Origin: a bacterium BMS3Abin02
Lineage (GTDB): Bacteria; Actinomycetota; Acidimicrobiia; Spongiisociales; UBA4744
Assembly (NCBI GenBank): GCA_002897675.1
Contig: BDSU01000037.1
Coordinates: 2,399-66,398 of the forward strand
Direction of reading: 5' to 3'
Length of the DNA: 64,000 nucleotides
Part shown: one piece after another, positions 47,049-56,229 of the stretch
Layout: each line of letters begins with the position of its first letter
Position numbering within the stretch: position 1 is the stretch's first letter
The notes under the pieces: generated by a model
What the model saw: the letters and a program-made list of their open reading frames with translations, nothing else
The model's database searches: none
What the model was told of the DNA's origin: nothing
Made by a program: the position numbers and the translations under genes

Positions 47049-48188
47049 TCACGGTTTCCTGCGTCGACAGAATACGACCTGCGCCGCGCGAAGCGCATCG
47101 ATCTCCTCGCTCCGGAAACCGAACGATTCCAGCACGTCGTCCGTGTCCTGACCCGGTTTCGGGACCGGCCCGGGGATGCCGACGGCGGTGCGGCTGAATC
47201 GAGGCGCGGGAGCCGGCTGAACCCTGCCTTCCACCTCGACGAATGTGCGTCTCGCACGGTTGTGCGGGTGTGTTGGCGCCTCGTCGAGCGAAAGCACCGG
47301 TGCCACACACGCGTCTGCGTTTTCGAAGACGCCGGCCCATTCGGCTCGCGTCCTCTTGGCGAAGGTCCGTTGGAACAACTCCCTCATCCGAGGCCACTGT
47401 GACCGGTCGTACTGATTCGGGACAGAATCGGCATCGAGGCCGAGCCGGTCGAGCAGCACACCGAAGAACTTCGGTTCGAGTGCACCGACGGCCACATACT
47501 TGCCGTCTGACGTCTCGTACGTACCGTAGAACGGTGCACCTCCGTCGAGCAGGTTGTCGCCGCGATGCTGCGACCACAAGCCTGCCGACAGCATGCTGTG
47601 GACGAACGTCGTGAGTAGCGCCGAGCCGTCGACCATTGCCGCATCGATCACTTGCCCCTGACCGCTCCGGGCTGCTTCGAGAAGGCCTGCGAGCATGCCG
47701 ACGGCCAACAGCATCCCGCCGCCACCGAAGTCGCCGAGCAGGTTGAGCGGCACGACGGGAGGTCCCCCGGCAAGCCCGATCGGATGCAGAGCACCCGAGA
47801 GCGCGATGTAGTCGATGTCATGACCGGCGACCGTTGCCAACGGTCCCTCCTGGCCAAAGCCGGTCATGCGGCCGTAGACGAGCTGCGCGTTCCGGTCCAG
47901 GCATGCCTCCGGTCCGATTCCGAGACGTTCGGCGACACCGGGACGAAAGCCCTCGATCAGACCGTCGGACTGCTCGACGAGCCTGAGGATGAGACCTGCG
48001 GCTTCGGGATGCTTGAGGTCGACGGCGATCGAGGATCGCCCCCGGTGCAGAAGCTCGGGATACGGCTGCGGATCGGGCCTTTCGACGCGCACGACGTTCG
48101 CTCCCAGATCGGAGAGCATCATGCCGCAGAAAGGACCCGGTCCGATCGAACCGATCTCGACGATCGTCACACCGTGGAGCGGGCCCAT
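47049..48188 (-). CDS. family III CoA-transferase fold (CaiB/BaiF), alpha-methylacyl-CoA racemase-like
   Basis: GVTIVEIGSIGPGPFCGMMLSDLGA, GFRPGV and GHDIDYIA motifs. Confidence 0.9.
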   Translation of the reverse strand: MGPLHGVTIVEIGSIGPGPFCGMMLSDLGANVVRVERPDPQPYPELLHRGRSSIAVDLKHPEAAGLILRLVEQSDGLIEGFRPGVAERLGIGPEACLDRNAQLVYGRMTGFGQEGPLATVAGHDIDYIALSGALHPIGLAGGPPVVPLNLLGDFGGGGMLLAVGMLAGLLEAARSGQGQVIDAAMVDGSALLTTFVHSMLSAGLWSQHRGDNLLDGGAPFYGTYETSDGKYVAVGALEPKFFGVLLDRLGLDADSVPNQYDRSQWPRMRELFQRTFAKRTRAEWAGVFENADACVAPVLSLDEAPTHPHNRARRTFVEVEGRVQPAPAPRFSRTAVGIPGPVPKPGQDTDDVLESFGFRSEEIDALRAAQVVFCRRRKP

Positions 48189-48958
48189 CAGCGGGGGCCG
48201 AGTCTGGCTGCCGCGTCGAGGCGGATCACTTCGCCATTGAGTAGAGGATTCTCGGCGATGGCAACGACCAGCCCGCCGAGGTCCTCCGGGGTGCCCAGCC
48301 GCTTCGGAAACACATGAAGCTTCGTGAGCGCATTCCTGATCTGCTCGTTCACCCCACCGAGCATCGGGGTGTCCATGATGCCGGGTGCAATCGTCATGAC
48401 CCTGATGCCCAGCGAGGCGAGGTCACGGGCGAGTGGCAACGTGAGCGACACGATGCCACCTTTCGAAGCCGAGTATGCGGCCTGACCGACCTGGCCTTCG
48501 AAGGCTGCGATCGAGGCGACGTTGACGATCAGTCCTCGTTCGCCCTCCTCGTTCGGATCATTGGCGCGCATCGCCGCCGCAGCCTGACGGGTGACGTCGA
48601 AGAGCCCGATCAGGTTGACGTCGATGACCGCCCGAAACCGGTCGAGAGGAAACATGGACCCATCGCGTGCCACGACGCGATGCCCGGCGATGATCCCCGC
48701 AGCGTTCACGCAGATGTCGACGCGTCCGAACGTTTGGACGACGGCCCCGACCGCGGCCTCGACAGAGCCCGTGTCGGTGACGTCGACGGGGATGAAGACC
48801 GCATCCGAGCCGAGGTCGTGTGCGACCTCGGACCCTTTCGAGGAGGGCAGGTCCAGGAGCGCGACCCTCGCTCCCCTTTCGAGCAGCTTCCTCGCCGCCC
48901 CGCCGCCGAGCCCACCGGCACCACCGGTAACCAGCGCGACCGCTCCTTCGATCTGCAT
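48188..48958 (-). CDS. SDR, 3-hydroxyacyl-CoA dehydrogenase type-2 (HSD10)-like
   Basis: [13 protein letters not shown] and YSASKGG motifs. AGGAGG lies upstream. ATGA overlap with the downstream racemase-like gene. Confidence 0.9.
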   Translation of the reverse strand: MQIEGAVALVTGGAGGLGGGAARKLLERGARVALLDLPSSKGSEVAHDLGSDAVFIPVDVTDTGSVEAAVGAVVQTFGRVDICVNAAGIIAGHRVVARDGSMFPLDRFRAVIDVNLIGLFDVTRQAAAAMRANDPNEEGERGLIVNVASIAAFEGQVGQAAYSASKGGIVSLTLPLARDLASLGIRVMTIAPGIMDTPMLGGVNEQIRNALTKLHVFPKRLGTPEDLGGLVVAIAENPLLNGEVIRLDAAARLGPR

Positions 48959-48959
48959 C

Positions 48960-49280
48960 TCAACCACCTCCTGACGTTGCTTGTACCTCGCGCACATACG
49001 CGACCACACGATCGACCTGCTCATCGGTGAGCGAAGATCCGAACGACGGCATTCGTCCCAACCCGTGCTCGATGGTGAACCGATAGAACTCATCGGTCAT
49101 GTCCACAACATCCGAGCCGGGCCCGAGCGCAGGTCCGAACCCGCCACCCAGGTCGTCGCCATGGCACGAGGCGCAGAACGCTCCGTACACCTGCCGGCCG
49201 GTCGCATCCGGCGGCAGACGGCCGCCGGAGCATGCGGTCACGACGAACAGGAACAAGATCAGCGCGACAAACTTCTGCAC
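48960..49280 (-). CDS. c-type cytochrome lipoprotein
   Basis: Lipobox VVTAC, haem motif CASCH and a distal Met (GRMP). Confidence 0.8.
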   Translation of the reverse strand: MQKFVALILFLFVVTACSGGRLPPDATGRQVYGAFCASCHGDDLGGGFGPALGPGSDVVDMTDEFYRFTIEHGLGRMPSFGSSLTDEQVDRVVAYVREVQATSGGG

Positions 49281-49348
49281 AATGTGCGAGCCTACATCGG
49301 GAACCTGATTGAGCCGTAATGTCGTCTCATCACTGAAAGGAGTGCCTC

Positions 49349-50062
49349 ATGCGCCGTATCCTGATCGGAGTAGTCGCAGTCTCGCTGCTGCTGAGCGCGT
49401 GCACGCCGAACGTGACCGTCACGAATGCTTCGGCCACCGCGCCGGAAGGAATTCAAGTCACCGGACAAGGCAAGGTGGGCGGGACGCCCGACACGCTCAC
49501 GATCGACCTGGGAGTGAGCGTCCGCGGCGACACCGTCACCGAAGCCGTACAAGACGCGGCCGTTCTGGCCGACCGGCTCATCGCTGCGCTCGAGAATGGC
49601 GGCATCGCCGAGCAAGACATCCAGACCGTCAACTACTCGATCTTCCCCGAGTACGACTACCGAAACGACACCCGCAAGCTGCTGGGCTACAGGGTGACGA
49701 ACACCGTCTCGGCCAAGATCCGGGACATCGCAACCGCCGGCTCCGTCATCGACGCCGCGACCGCCGCCGGTGGGGACGCCGTGCAGGTCTCCGGGGTGCA
49801 GTTCTCGCTCGAAGACAATGAATCTCTGCTCAAGGCAGCCAGAGAACGGGCCTGGAAGGACGCACAGGCCAAGGCAGAACAACTCGCTGCGTTGTCCGGG
49901 GTGACGCTCGGACCTCCAACGTCGATCAGCGAAACGTTGACAACTCCCCCTGCCCCGGTGTTCCGGGCTGCAAGTGACATCGAAACGGCGGCAACGCCCA
50001 TCCAGCCGGGATCGCAGACGGTCACGGTGACGTTGAGCGTCGAGTTCTCGATCTCGAGTTGA
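49349..50062 (+). CDS. SIMPL/DUF541 domain lipoprotein
   Basis: Lipobox LLSAC and GYRVTNTVS...AKAEQLA, typical of SIMPL. Confidence 0.85.
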   Translation: MRRILIGVVAVSLLLSACTPNVTVTNASATAPEGIQVTGQGKVGGTPDTLTIDLGVSVRGDTVTEAVQDAAVLADRLIAALENGGIAEQDIQTVNYSIFPEYDYRNDTRKLLGYRVTNTVSAKIRDIATAGSVIDAATAAGGDAVQVSGVQFSLEDNESLLKAARERAWKDAQAKAEQLAALSGVTLGPPTSISETLTTPPAPVFRAASDIETAATPIQPGSQTVTVTLSVEFSISS

Positions 50063-50064
50063 GA

Positions 50065-50559
50065 TCAACCGAAGACGGCCACGCCGGCGACTGTGAGCAG
50101 TGACACGGTGACGCCCGCGATCACCACCCCGACCGCAATGAGCAAGGTCGCTTTGCGGCGCTCCACCCCAAACACGAACGCGGCCAGCGCACCGCTCCAC
50201 GCCCCCGTGATCGGCAGAGGGATGGCTACGAAGGTCACCAAGGCAAGCTCGCGCAGGCGGTCGAAGCGCGCCGTGTGACGCCGCCGCGTGTGGGCGAAGA
50301 GACGGTCGAGAATCCGGTGCAACCAGCCCCAATGGTCCTCCGCCCATTCGGTGACCGGCCCGAGGAATACCAGGATGAACGGGACGGGAATGATGTTGCC
50401 GATCACCGACCAGACGAACGCCTGGGCCACCGGCATGTCGAACGCCTGCACGGCGAACGGGATGGAGAAGCGAAGTTCGGAGACCGGCAGCGCCGCCAGC
50501 AGAAGCACCGCCAGCGGCTCGGGAAAGTGGCGGACGAGCGACTCGAGTGCTTCCTGCAT
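50065..50559 (-). CDS. small multidrug export protein family (COG2426)
   Basis: LPVSELRFSIPFAV N-terminal motif and 4 TM segments. Confidence 0.8.
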   Translation of the reverse strand: MQEALESLVRHFPEPLAVLLLAALPVSELRFSIPFAVQAFDMPVAQAFVWSVIGNIIPVPFILVFLGPVTEWAEDHWGWLHRILDRLFAHTRRRHTARFDRLRELALVTFVAIPLPITGAWSGALAAFVFGVERRKATLLIAVGVVIAGVTVSLLTVAGVAVFG

Positions 50560-50587
50560 GGACGCAGTATTACGCCCTGCCGGCCTT

Positions 50588-50617
50588 TTGACACGTTTGC
50601 GCAGGAATCACTACGAT
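50588..50617 (+). promoter_or_regulatory. sigma-A-like promoter with no downstream + strand CDS
   Basis: TTGACA (50588-50593), an 18-nt spacer, then TACGAT (50612-50617, TAnnnT). Confidence 0.4.
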
Positions 50618-50623
50618 CAGATC

Positions 50624-50769
50624 GTCGGGTGTCACCCGCACCCGGCACCCAACAAGCGCATTGGGCTGCGGGCATGGACTCCCTGGCGCCTGCCCGACAC
50701 AACGGCCCTCTGCGGCTCTTCGCAAGGAGAGCAACGAGGCTCCGGCTCTACCCCCTTGCCGGAGCCTCG
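50624..50769 (+). ncRNA. candidate ~150-nt small RNA
   Basis: Bounded by the promoter above and a perfect 12-bp GC-rich hairpin. Internal helices are possible (GUCGGG/CCCGAC, CCCGCA/UGCGGG, CCCAA/UUGGG). I have no database confirmation. Confidence 0.3.
50735..50769. terminator. GC-rich hairpin, possible bidirectional terminator (ychF on the - strand, candidate sRNA on the + strand)
   Basis: CGAGGCTCCGGC, an 11-nt loop TCTACCCCCTT, then GCCGGAGCCTCG. No strong T-tract. Confidence 0.5.
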
Positions 50770-50777
50770 CCCTATCC

Positions 50778-50794
50778 GGATCCGATCCGGATCC
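50778..50794 (-). terminator. small palindrome just after the ychF stop
   Basis: GGATCCG-ATC-CGGATCC, a 7-bp stem. Confidence 0.25.
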
Positions 50795-50802
50795 AAAGGG
50801 AA

Positions 50803-51876
50803 TCAGACCGAGAAGCGGACCACGATCACGTCGCCCTCGTGCATCACGTAGTCCTTGCCCTCGACACGTACGACACCGGCATGCTTGGCAGCGTCCCATC
50901 CGCCGGCGGCAACGACATCGGCGATCGGGGCGATCTCCGCTCGGATGAATCCCCGTTCGAGATCGGAGTGGATCTTGCCCGCAGCTTCGGGTGCCTTGGC
51001 TCCTGCTCGCACCGTCCAGGCGTGCGACTCCTTGGGACCAACCGTGTAGAACGTCAGCAGCCCGAGCGCGCCGTAGGCGGCCCGCACCATCTCCGCGAGG
51101 GCGCCTTCACCCATTCCGAGACCCTCGAAGATCTCTCTCCGATCCTCCGGATCCATCCGGGCCGCCTCGGCTTCGATCCGTGCGGAAAGAGTGACGACCG
51201 TGTCGCCCTCGGGTACCAGCGCCGAGACACCTCGGACGAGAGCCTCGGAATCAGGTTCCTCCTCGCCGACGTTCACGACCCACACCGCCGGACGCAGCGT
51301 CAACGGGGCAAGATCCCTGAACGCATCGCGGTGGGCGTCGGACCATTCTCCGGCGCGCAGCGGCCTCCCGTCGCCGAGGAACTCCGACGCCTCGGCGATC
51401 GCCGCGGCGGCACGTTTCTTGGTGGCGTCCGCAGAAGCTTCCTTGGCGATACGGGGTCGGCGCCGCTCGAACACGTCCGCGTCGGCCATCGTCAGCTCGA
51501 GCAGGAGTTCCTCCGCCTGTGCGGCGGCATCGGTACCGGATTCATCGGACGGTACTCCCTCGTCGTCGAAGGCCCGCAACACCATGACCAGCCCCTCCAT
51601 CTCCCGCAGCCTTCCGAGGAACTGCGATCCGAGACCGGTGCCGTGCGCCCCCATGGCCGGAAGATCGAGGAGCTCCAGCACGGCGTGCACGATCTTCTTC
51701 GAATTCTCGATCTCGGCGGCCGCCTCCAGGGCCGGGTCGGGGATCGAGGCGACGCCGATGTTTGGAGATACCGTCGAGAACGGATGGGGAGCGGTGGGCG
51801 CATCGAGTCCCGTGAGCGCGTTGAACAGCTCCGTCTTGCCGACGTTCGGAAACCCGACGATACCGAGGCGTGCCAT
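50803..51876 (-). CDS. ychF: redox-regulated ATPase YchF
   Basis: GIVGFPNVGKTELFNALT P-loop and the C-terminal TGS-like FIRAE...V tail. Start taken at MARLGIV. Confidence 0.9.
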   Translation of the reverse strand: MARLGIVGFPNVGKTELFNALTGLDAPTAPHPFSTVSPNIGVASIPDPALEAAAEIENSKKIVHAVLELLDLPAMGAHGTGLGSQFLGRLREMEGLVMVLRAFDDEGVPSDESGTDAAAQAEELLLELTMADADVFERRRPRIAKEASADATKKRAAAAIAEASEFLGDGRPLRAGEWSDAHRDAFRDLAPLTLRPAVWVVNVGEEEPDSEALVRGVSALVPEGDTVVTLSARIEAEAARMDPEDRREIFEGLGMGEGALAEMVRAAYGALGLLTFYTVGPKESHAWTVRAGAKAPEAAGKIHSDLERGFIRAEIAPIADVVAAGGWDAAKHAGVVRVEGKDYVMHEGDVIVVRFSV

Positions 51877-51944
51877 GTCCGTGCACTGTAGCTTTGGTCC
51901 CGTCAACCCAAACCGTCGGACTACGGTGGATCCAAGGAGGTGTG

Positions 51945-52949
51945 ATGAGAGTTTCGGTGATCGGAGCGGGTTCCTGGGGAACGACCGTCGCAGCCCTCAC
52001 CGCCCGTGAACATCCGACGTACCTCTGGGCCCGGCGCCCCGAACTTGCGGAGGCGATCGCCACGACGGGCGAGAACCCGGACTATCTCCCGGGGCACAGG
52101 CTTCCGTACGGTCTTCACGCCACCAGCGATCTCTCCGAAGCCATCGACGGCACGGAGGTGATCGTCATGGCAGTGCCCTCACACGGATACCGGACCGTCA
52201 TCGAGGCCATGGCAGGACAGATCCTTGCGGACACGCCGCTTCTCAGCCTGGCCAAAGGGATCGAGCAGGGCACCCTGCTGCGCATGACGGAAGTGACCAA
52301 CCAAGTGCTCCAAGATCACGATCCGACACGCGTCGGTGTGCTCACCGGCCCGAATCTGGCCGCCGAGGTGATGGATGGGCAGCCGGCGGCGACGGTGATC
52401 GCCATGAGGGACGGAGAGCTTGCCCGGCGGCTCCAAGGTCTGTTCATGGGCCCTACGTTTCGGGTCTATACCAACGATGACGTGGTCGGCTGTGAGACCG
52501 CAGGCGCGCTCAAGAACGTGATGGCGATCGCTGCCGGTATGTCCGAAGGTCTCGGGTTCGGCGACAACAGCTTGGCGACACTGGTGACACGAGCCCTCGC
52601 CGAGCTGACACGACTCGGTTCGGCCATGGGAGGACGGCCGAGGACCTTCGCAGGGCTGGCCGGCATGGGCGATCTGATCGCCACGTGTGTTTCCGCAAAG
52701 AGCCGGAATCATCGGGTCGGTGTGCAGCTCGGTCGAGGGCACAAGATCGACGACATCATCGCCGAGATGAACATGGTCGCCGAAGGGGTCAAGACCACGA
52801 GGGCCGTGCTGGACCTTGCGAGCCGGTATGGCGTCGAGATGCCGATCGCCACCCAGGTGGGTCGGGTGCTCTACGAGGGAGAGGGCCCGCGAGAGGCGGT
52901 ACTCAACCTGATGACACGAGCGGCGAAGGCCGAGAACCAGCAGGACTAG
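51945..52949 (+). CDS. gpsA: NAD(P)H-dependent glycerol-3-phosphate dehydrogenase
   Basis: VIGAGSWGT, NPDYLPG and LKNV motifs. AAGGAGG at 51934-51940. Confidence 0.9.
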   Translation: MRVSVIGAGSWGTTVAALTAREHPTYLWARRPELAEAIATTGENPDYLPGHRLPYGLHATSDLSEAIDGTEVIVMAVPSHGYRTVIEAMAGQILADTPLLSLAKGIEQGTLLRMTEVTNQVLQDHDPTRVGVLTGPNLAAEVMDGQPAATVIAMRDGELARRLQGLFMGPTFRVYTNDDVVGCETAGALKNVMAIAAGMSEGLGFGDNSLATLVTRALAELTRLGSAMGGRPRTFAGLAGMGDLIATCVSAKSRNHRVGVQLGRGHKIDDIIAEMNMVAEGVKTTRAVLDLASRYGVEMPIATQVGRVLYEGEGPREAVLNLMTRAAKAENQQD

Positions 52950-53854
52950 CGAGATGCCACCCGCAGCGCCCGGTACAGCAACTGCTGGTCGCCCAGCCGC
53001 CGGCGCAACTCCCGTTCCAGACCGCCGATCGGATACAGGTTCTGGGGAGCCCGCGGATCCTTGTGGGCAACCGAGGCGAATCGCGGGAGGGTCGCCGATA
53101 CCCGATTCGCCAGTCGCCGGGCAGAGGCGACGTCCTGATCGGCACTCGCCTCACAGCGGACGATCCCGCCGAGAGGAGCATCCCCGCCGCCGGGGAGACG
53201 CGTGTACCACGAGTACCGACTCCACGAGGTCGTGGCCAGGAACAGCGGTGTCCGCTGCCCGGGCCGGAGCCGGGTCAGCACCGTCTGCAAAGCCGCAGGA
53301 AGGTACTGCACCCTGTGCGTCTTGACATACCCGACGCCTCCGGCCACGTGCTGACGCCCGGTGAGCGGGCCGTCGGTGATGACCAGTTCGCCGGCGAGAA
53401 GGCGGCCCGCCACCTCGCGTTCCAGTTCACCCATCCGCTGCTGAAGGCCCAGCCACAGCTCCTCCGGGGACGTTCCGGCGGTCGCACACACGCCGTATGT
53501 CCCATGCTTCGTCACCACGGCCTCGGCTCCCGGAGCGGAGGTGAACAATCCCCGCCGCACTTCGGCGTCGACGAGCTTCGCCTCCCCGTCGCAACGAACC
53601 GCTCCCGCCGCGTAGGTGGCACAGAGACCCGATAGGGGAGCGCCGTCCTCCTGCCCTATCCACACATTGGCATCGACCCGCCGCACACCATCGATGAACA
53701 GCACCGACCGGGCCGGATCGACGTCGGGTTCGAGCGGAGCCCAGTCGGCCGCCGGCACCTCGATATCGACGTCGGGGACGATCGTCGCCTCGGCCAGATC
53801 CGTTGCCACGGGTGTGCCGTATTCGGGCGCCCACGGCTCGACGGAGAACCTCAT
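52946..53854 (-). CDS. nurA: NurA-like nuclease (tentative)
   Basis: Acidic motifs LFIDGVRR and LVITDGPL, then GYVKTH, resemble NurA catalytic motifs. ATGA overlap with the sbcC stop. The stop overlaps the gpsA stop (CTAG). Confidence 0.55.
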   Translation of the reverse strand: MRFSVEPWAPEYGTPVATDLAEATIVPDVDIEVPAADWAPLEPDVDPARSVLFIDGVRRVDANVWIGQEDGAPLSGLCATYAAGAVRCDGEAKLVDAEVRRGLFTSAPGAEAVVTKHGTYGVCATAGTSPEELWLGLQQRMGELEREVAGRLLAGELVITDGPLTGRQHVAGGVGYVKTHRVQYLPAALQTVLTRLRPGQRTPLFLATTSWSRYSWYTRLPGGGDAPLGGIVRCEASADQDVASARRLANRVSATLPRFASVAHKDPRAPQNLYPIGGLERELRRRLGDQQLLYRALRVASR

Positions 53855-56229
53855 GCGTCGATCCGTTCCACGTGGGCTCCGCCGGCGTCCTTGGTGACCA
53901 GGAAGCGGGTCGGCACCTGTTCGGCCAGGTCCTCGACGTGGCTGATCAGACCGACCGTTCTCCCCGTGGCCCCGAGCTCGTGCACCACACCGGCGACCAC
54001 GTCGAGGGTCTCCTGATCGAGCGTCCCGAATCCCTCGTCGAGGAAGATGGATTCGAGCCGTGCATTGCCGCTCAGGGACATCGCGGCGAGTTGCTCGGAG
54101 AGTGACAGCGCCAATGCGAGCGAGACGAGGAACGTCTCGCCTCCCGAGAGGGTCTTCACGGAACGGCGTCCGTCGGCGTTGCGGTGGTCGATGACGGTGA
54201 ATCCACGGCCTTCGGCTTCGAGCGAATAGGCACCCGAGGACAGCTCATGGAGGAGTCGGTTCGCACCGACCGTGAGATCCACGAGGGCCTCCTCCAGAAG
54301 CCAGGCTTCGAACCGGTTGGACCGAAGGTGCTGTTCGAGCGCGCCTGCGACCGTGGCGACTCGCCGCTGCTCTTTCGCCTCGACGGTGAGTTTCGCCGCC
54401 TGGGCACGTTCGGCACGGAGCCTGTCCAGACCGAGTTTGGCGGTGGCGATCGCATCGACGCAGACGTCGCGGATGGGACGGTCGCCGACAGAGAGCCCGG
54501 CTTCCTCGACGATGGCGACGAGGGCGCGGCGGTGCTCATCGAGCTCCTGCTCCGCCGCCGTGACCTTCCCTGCGGCCTCCCTGGCGGTCCGGGTCCGCAG
54601 ATCCGACGCGTGCCGTGCCCATGTGACCAGCTCGGTCCAGTCGGCGAGGAGATCATCCCGGCGAGGTGCCGGCGGTCCGAGGGCGGCGACCCGATCCCGG
54701 GCCGTGTCGAAGCGTCGGCGCGCATCCTGCACGGCCTCGTCGAGACGCCTGGTTCGCTCGTCGAGCGAGCCGAGGCTCTCCACCGCCGCCTGCTCTGCTG
54801 CGCGCGCTGCTCTCAGCTCGTCTTGTGCGGCAGTCACGCGCCTGCGGAGGTCCGCGACCTCCTCCTCGTCGGGCCGGCCGGTGATCCGCTCGCGCAGATC
54901 TTCGACCTCCCGGGCGGCTACGGCTTCCTGAGCCGTCAGCGCTTCGAGCTTCGCCGTGAGGCTCGCATGGAGACGTTGCGCGCCAAGGTGCGCCTGTTCT
55001 GCGTCGTGCAGCGTGGTGAGCGCCCCCTCGAGGTCTGCCGGCGTCTCTCGGTGCGGGATCGCCTCCACTGTCCTGTTGCAGACGGGGCAGGGTTCGCCCG
55101 TCCGTAGGGTCGTGGCGAGCTCGTGTGCCGTGTGCGCCCGCCGGAGTGCCGCGGCCGACGCCTTGGCGTCTTTCAACGCGGCTTGTGCGGTCTCGAGCCT
55201 CTTGGCTGCCTTCACCACGCCGGTACGCGCCTCCGCACTTCGAGCGACGAGCTGGGCGAGCCGCCGTTCGGCGCGTGCGAATGCCTGATGCGCCTCACCG
55301 AGCTTTTCGAGGTCGGCGAGTTCGGGAAATGTCTCGAGATGCTTCTCGACCTGTCGGCACTTCTCTCTGACGACGTTCAGGGCTTCTTCGGCCTTGTTGC
55401 GTTCCTGCCTGACAGTGACGGTCTTGGAGGCGAGTTCATCGAGACCACCGGGAGCTTCGAGACCCTCGAGAAGGTCGAGTTCGGCCTGGGCCGCCTTGGC
55501 CTGGCGCGCCCATGCCCCGGCGTCGGTTTGCAGTGTGACGATCTTCTCGGTTGCCTGTTCGACGACCTTCAAGAGCGCTTCGAGGTCGCCGACCCGTCCG
55601 ACCGCGTCGGCCTCGGCTTCGTCGGTTGCGCCGGCCAGTTCGGCAATCCGGGCTTCGAGCATGGCGGCCTTCTGTCGTGTTGCGATCTTCCTGTCTCGTG
55701 CGCGCTCTCGTACCCGCTCGTAGACACCGAGGTCGAGGAGCTCTCGGAGGAGCTTCTGACGATCCGTCGGTTTGTCGTGAAGGAAGGCGGAGAATCTGCC
55801 TTGGGGCAGGACGACGCTCTTGACGAAGTGGTCGTAGGAGAGGCCGAGGAGCCCTTGAACGGCGTCGGTGACCTCATCGGCACCCGAGGCGACCACGGTT
55901 CCGTCGCGTTCCAGCCGCGCTTCGGCCGTCGTCGCTCCTCTCTTGAGTCGACGAACGACCCTGACCGCCGTGTAGCGCACGTCACCGATCGTGAAATCGA
56001 AGCGGATGCGCGCCTCGACCTTGCCGAGAGTGATGACCGGCTCGACGGTCCGGCGGTCGCCGTACCGGGGAACGGAGCCGTAGAGGGCGAAGACGATGGC
56101 GTCGATGATGCTCGACTTGCCCGATCCCGTCGGCCCGGTGAGGGCGAACAGGTCCGCTCCGGTGAAGTCGATCTCCGTGGCCTCCCTGAACGCCGTGAAA
56201 CCGGAGAGCTCGAGGCGTTCAGGTCGCAT
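53851..56229 (-). CDS. sbcC: SbcC/Rad50-type SMC-like ATPase
   Basis: Walker A GPTGSGKSS, long coiled coils with a CPVC zinc hook, signature LSGGE, and Walker B FLDEGFGTLD. Start at MRPERLEL, 11 nt inside sbcD. Confidence 0.9.
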   Translation of the reverse strand: MRPERLELSGFTAFREATEIDFTGADLFALTGPTGSGKSSIIDAIVFALYGSVPRYGDRRTVEPVITLGKVEARIRFDFTIGDVRYTAVRVVRRLKRGATTAEARLERDGTVVASGADEVTDAVQGLLGLSYDHFVKSVVLPQGRFSAFLHDKPTDRQKLLRELLDLGVYERVRERARDRKIATRQKAAMLEARIAELAGATDEAEADAVGRVGDLEALLKVVEQATEKIVTLQTDAGAWARQAKAAQAELDLLEGLEAPGGLDELASKTVTVRQERNKAEEALNVVREKCRQVEKHLETFPELADLEKLGEAHQAFARAERRLAQLVARSAEARTGVVKAAKRLETAQAALKDAKASAAALRRAHTAHELATTLRTGEPCPVCNRTVEAIPHRETPADLEGALTTLHDAEQAHLGAQRLHASLTAKLEALTAQEAVAAREVEDLRERITGRPDEEEVADLRRRVTAAQDELRAARAAEQAAVESLGSLDERTRRLDEAVQDARRRFDTARDRVAALGPPAPRRDDLLADWTELVTWARHASDLRTRTAREAAGKVTAAEQELDEHRRALVAIVEEAGLSVGDRPIRDVCVDAIATAKLGLDRLRAERAQAAKLTVEAKEQRRVATVAGALEQHLRSNRFEAWLLEEALVDLTVGANRLLHELSSGAYSLEAEGRGFTVIDHRNADGRRSVKTLSGGETFLVSLALALSLSEQLAAMSLSGNARLESIFLDEGFGTLDQETLDVVAGVVHELGATGRTVGLISHVEDLAEQVPTRFLVTKDAGGAHVERIDA

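Noticed and set aside
50624-50769. Naming the candidate sRNA as 6C RNA.
   Set aside because: Only one clearly C-rich loop is present, and I cannot align it to the 6C consensus from memory. It is kept as an unnamed candidate.
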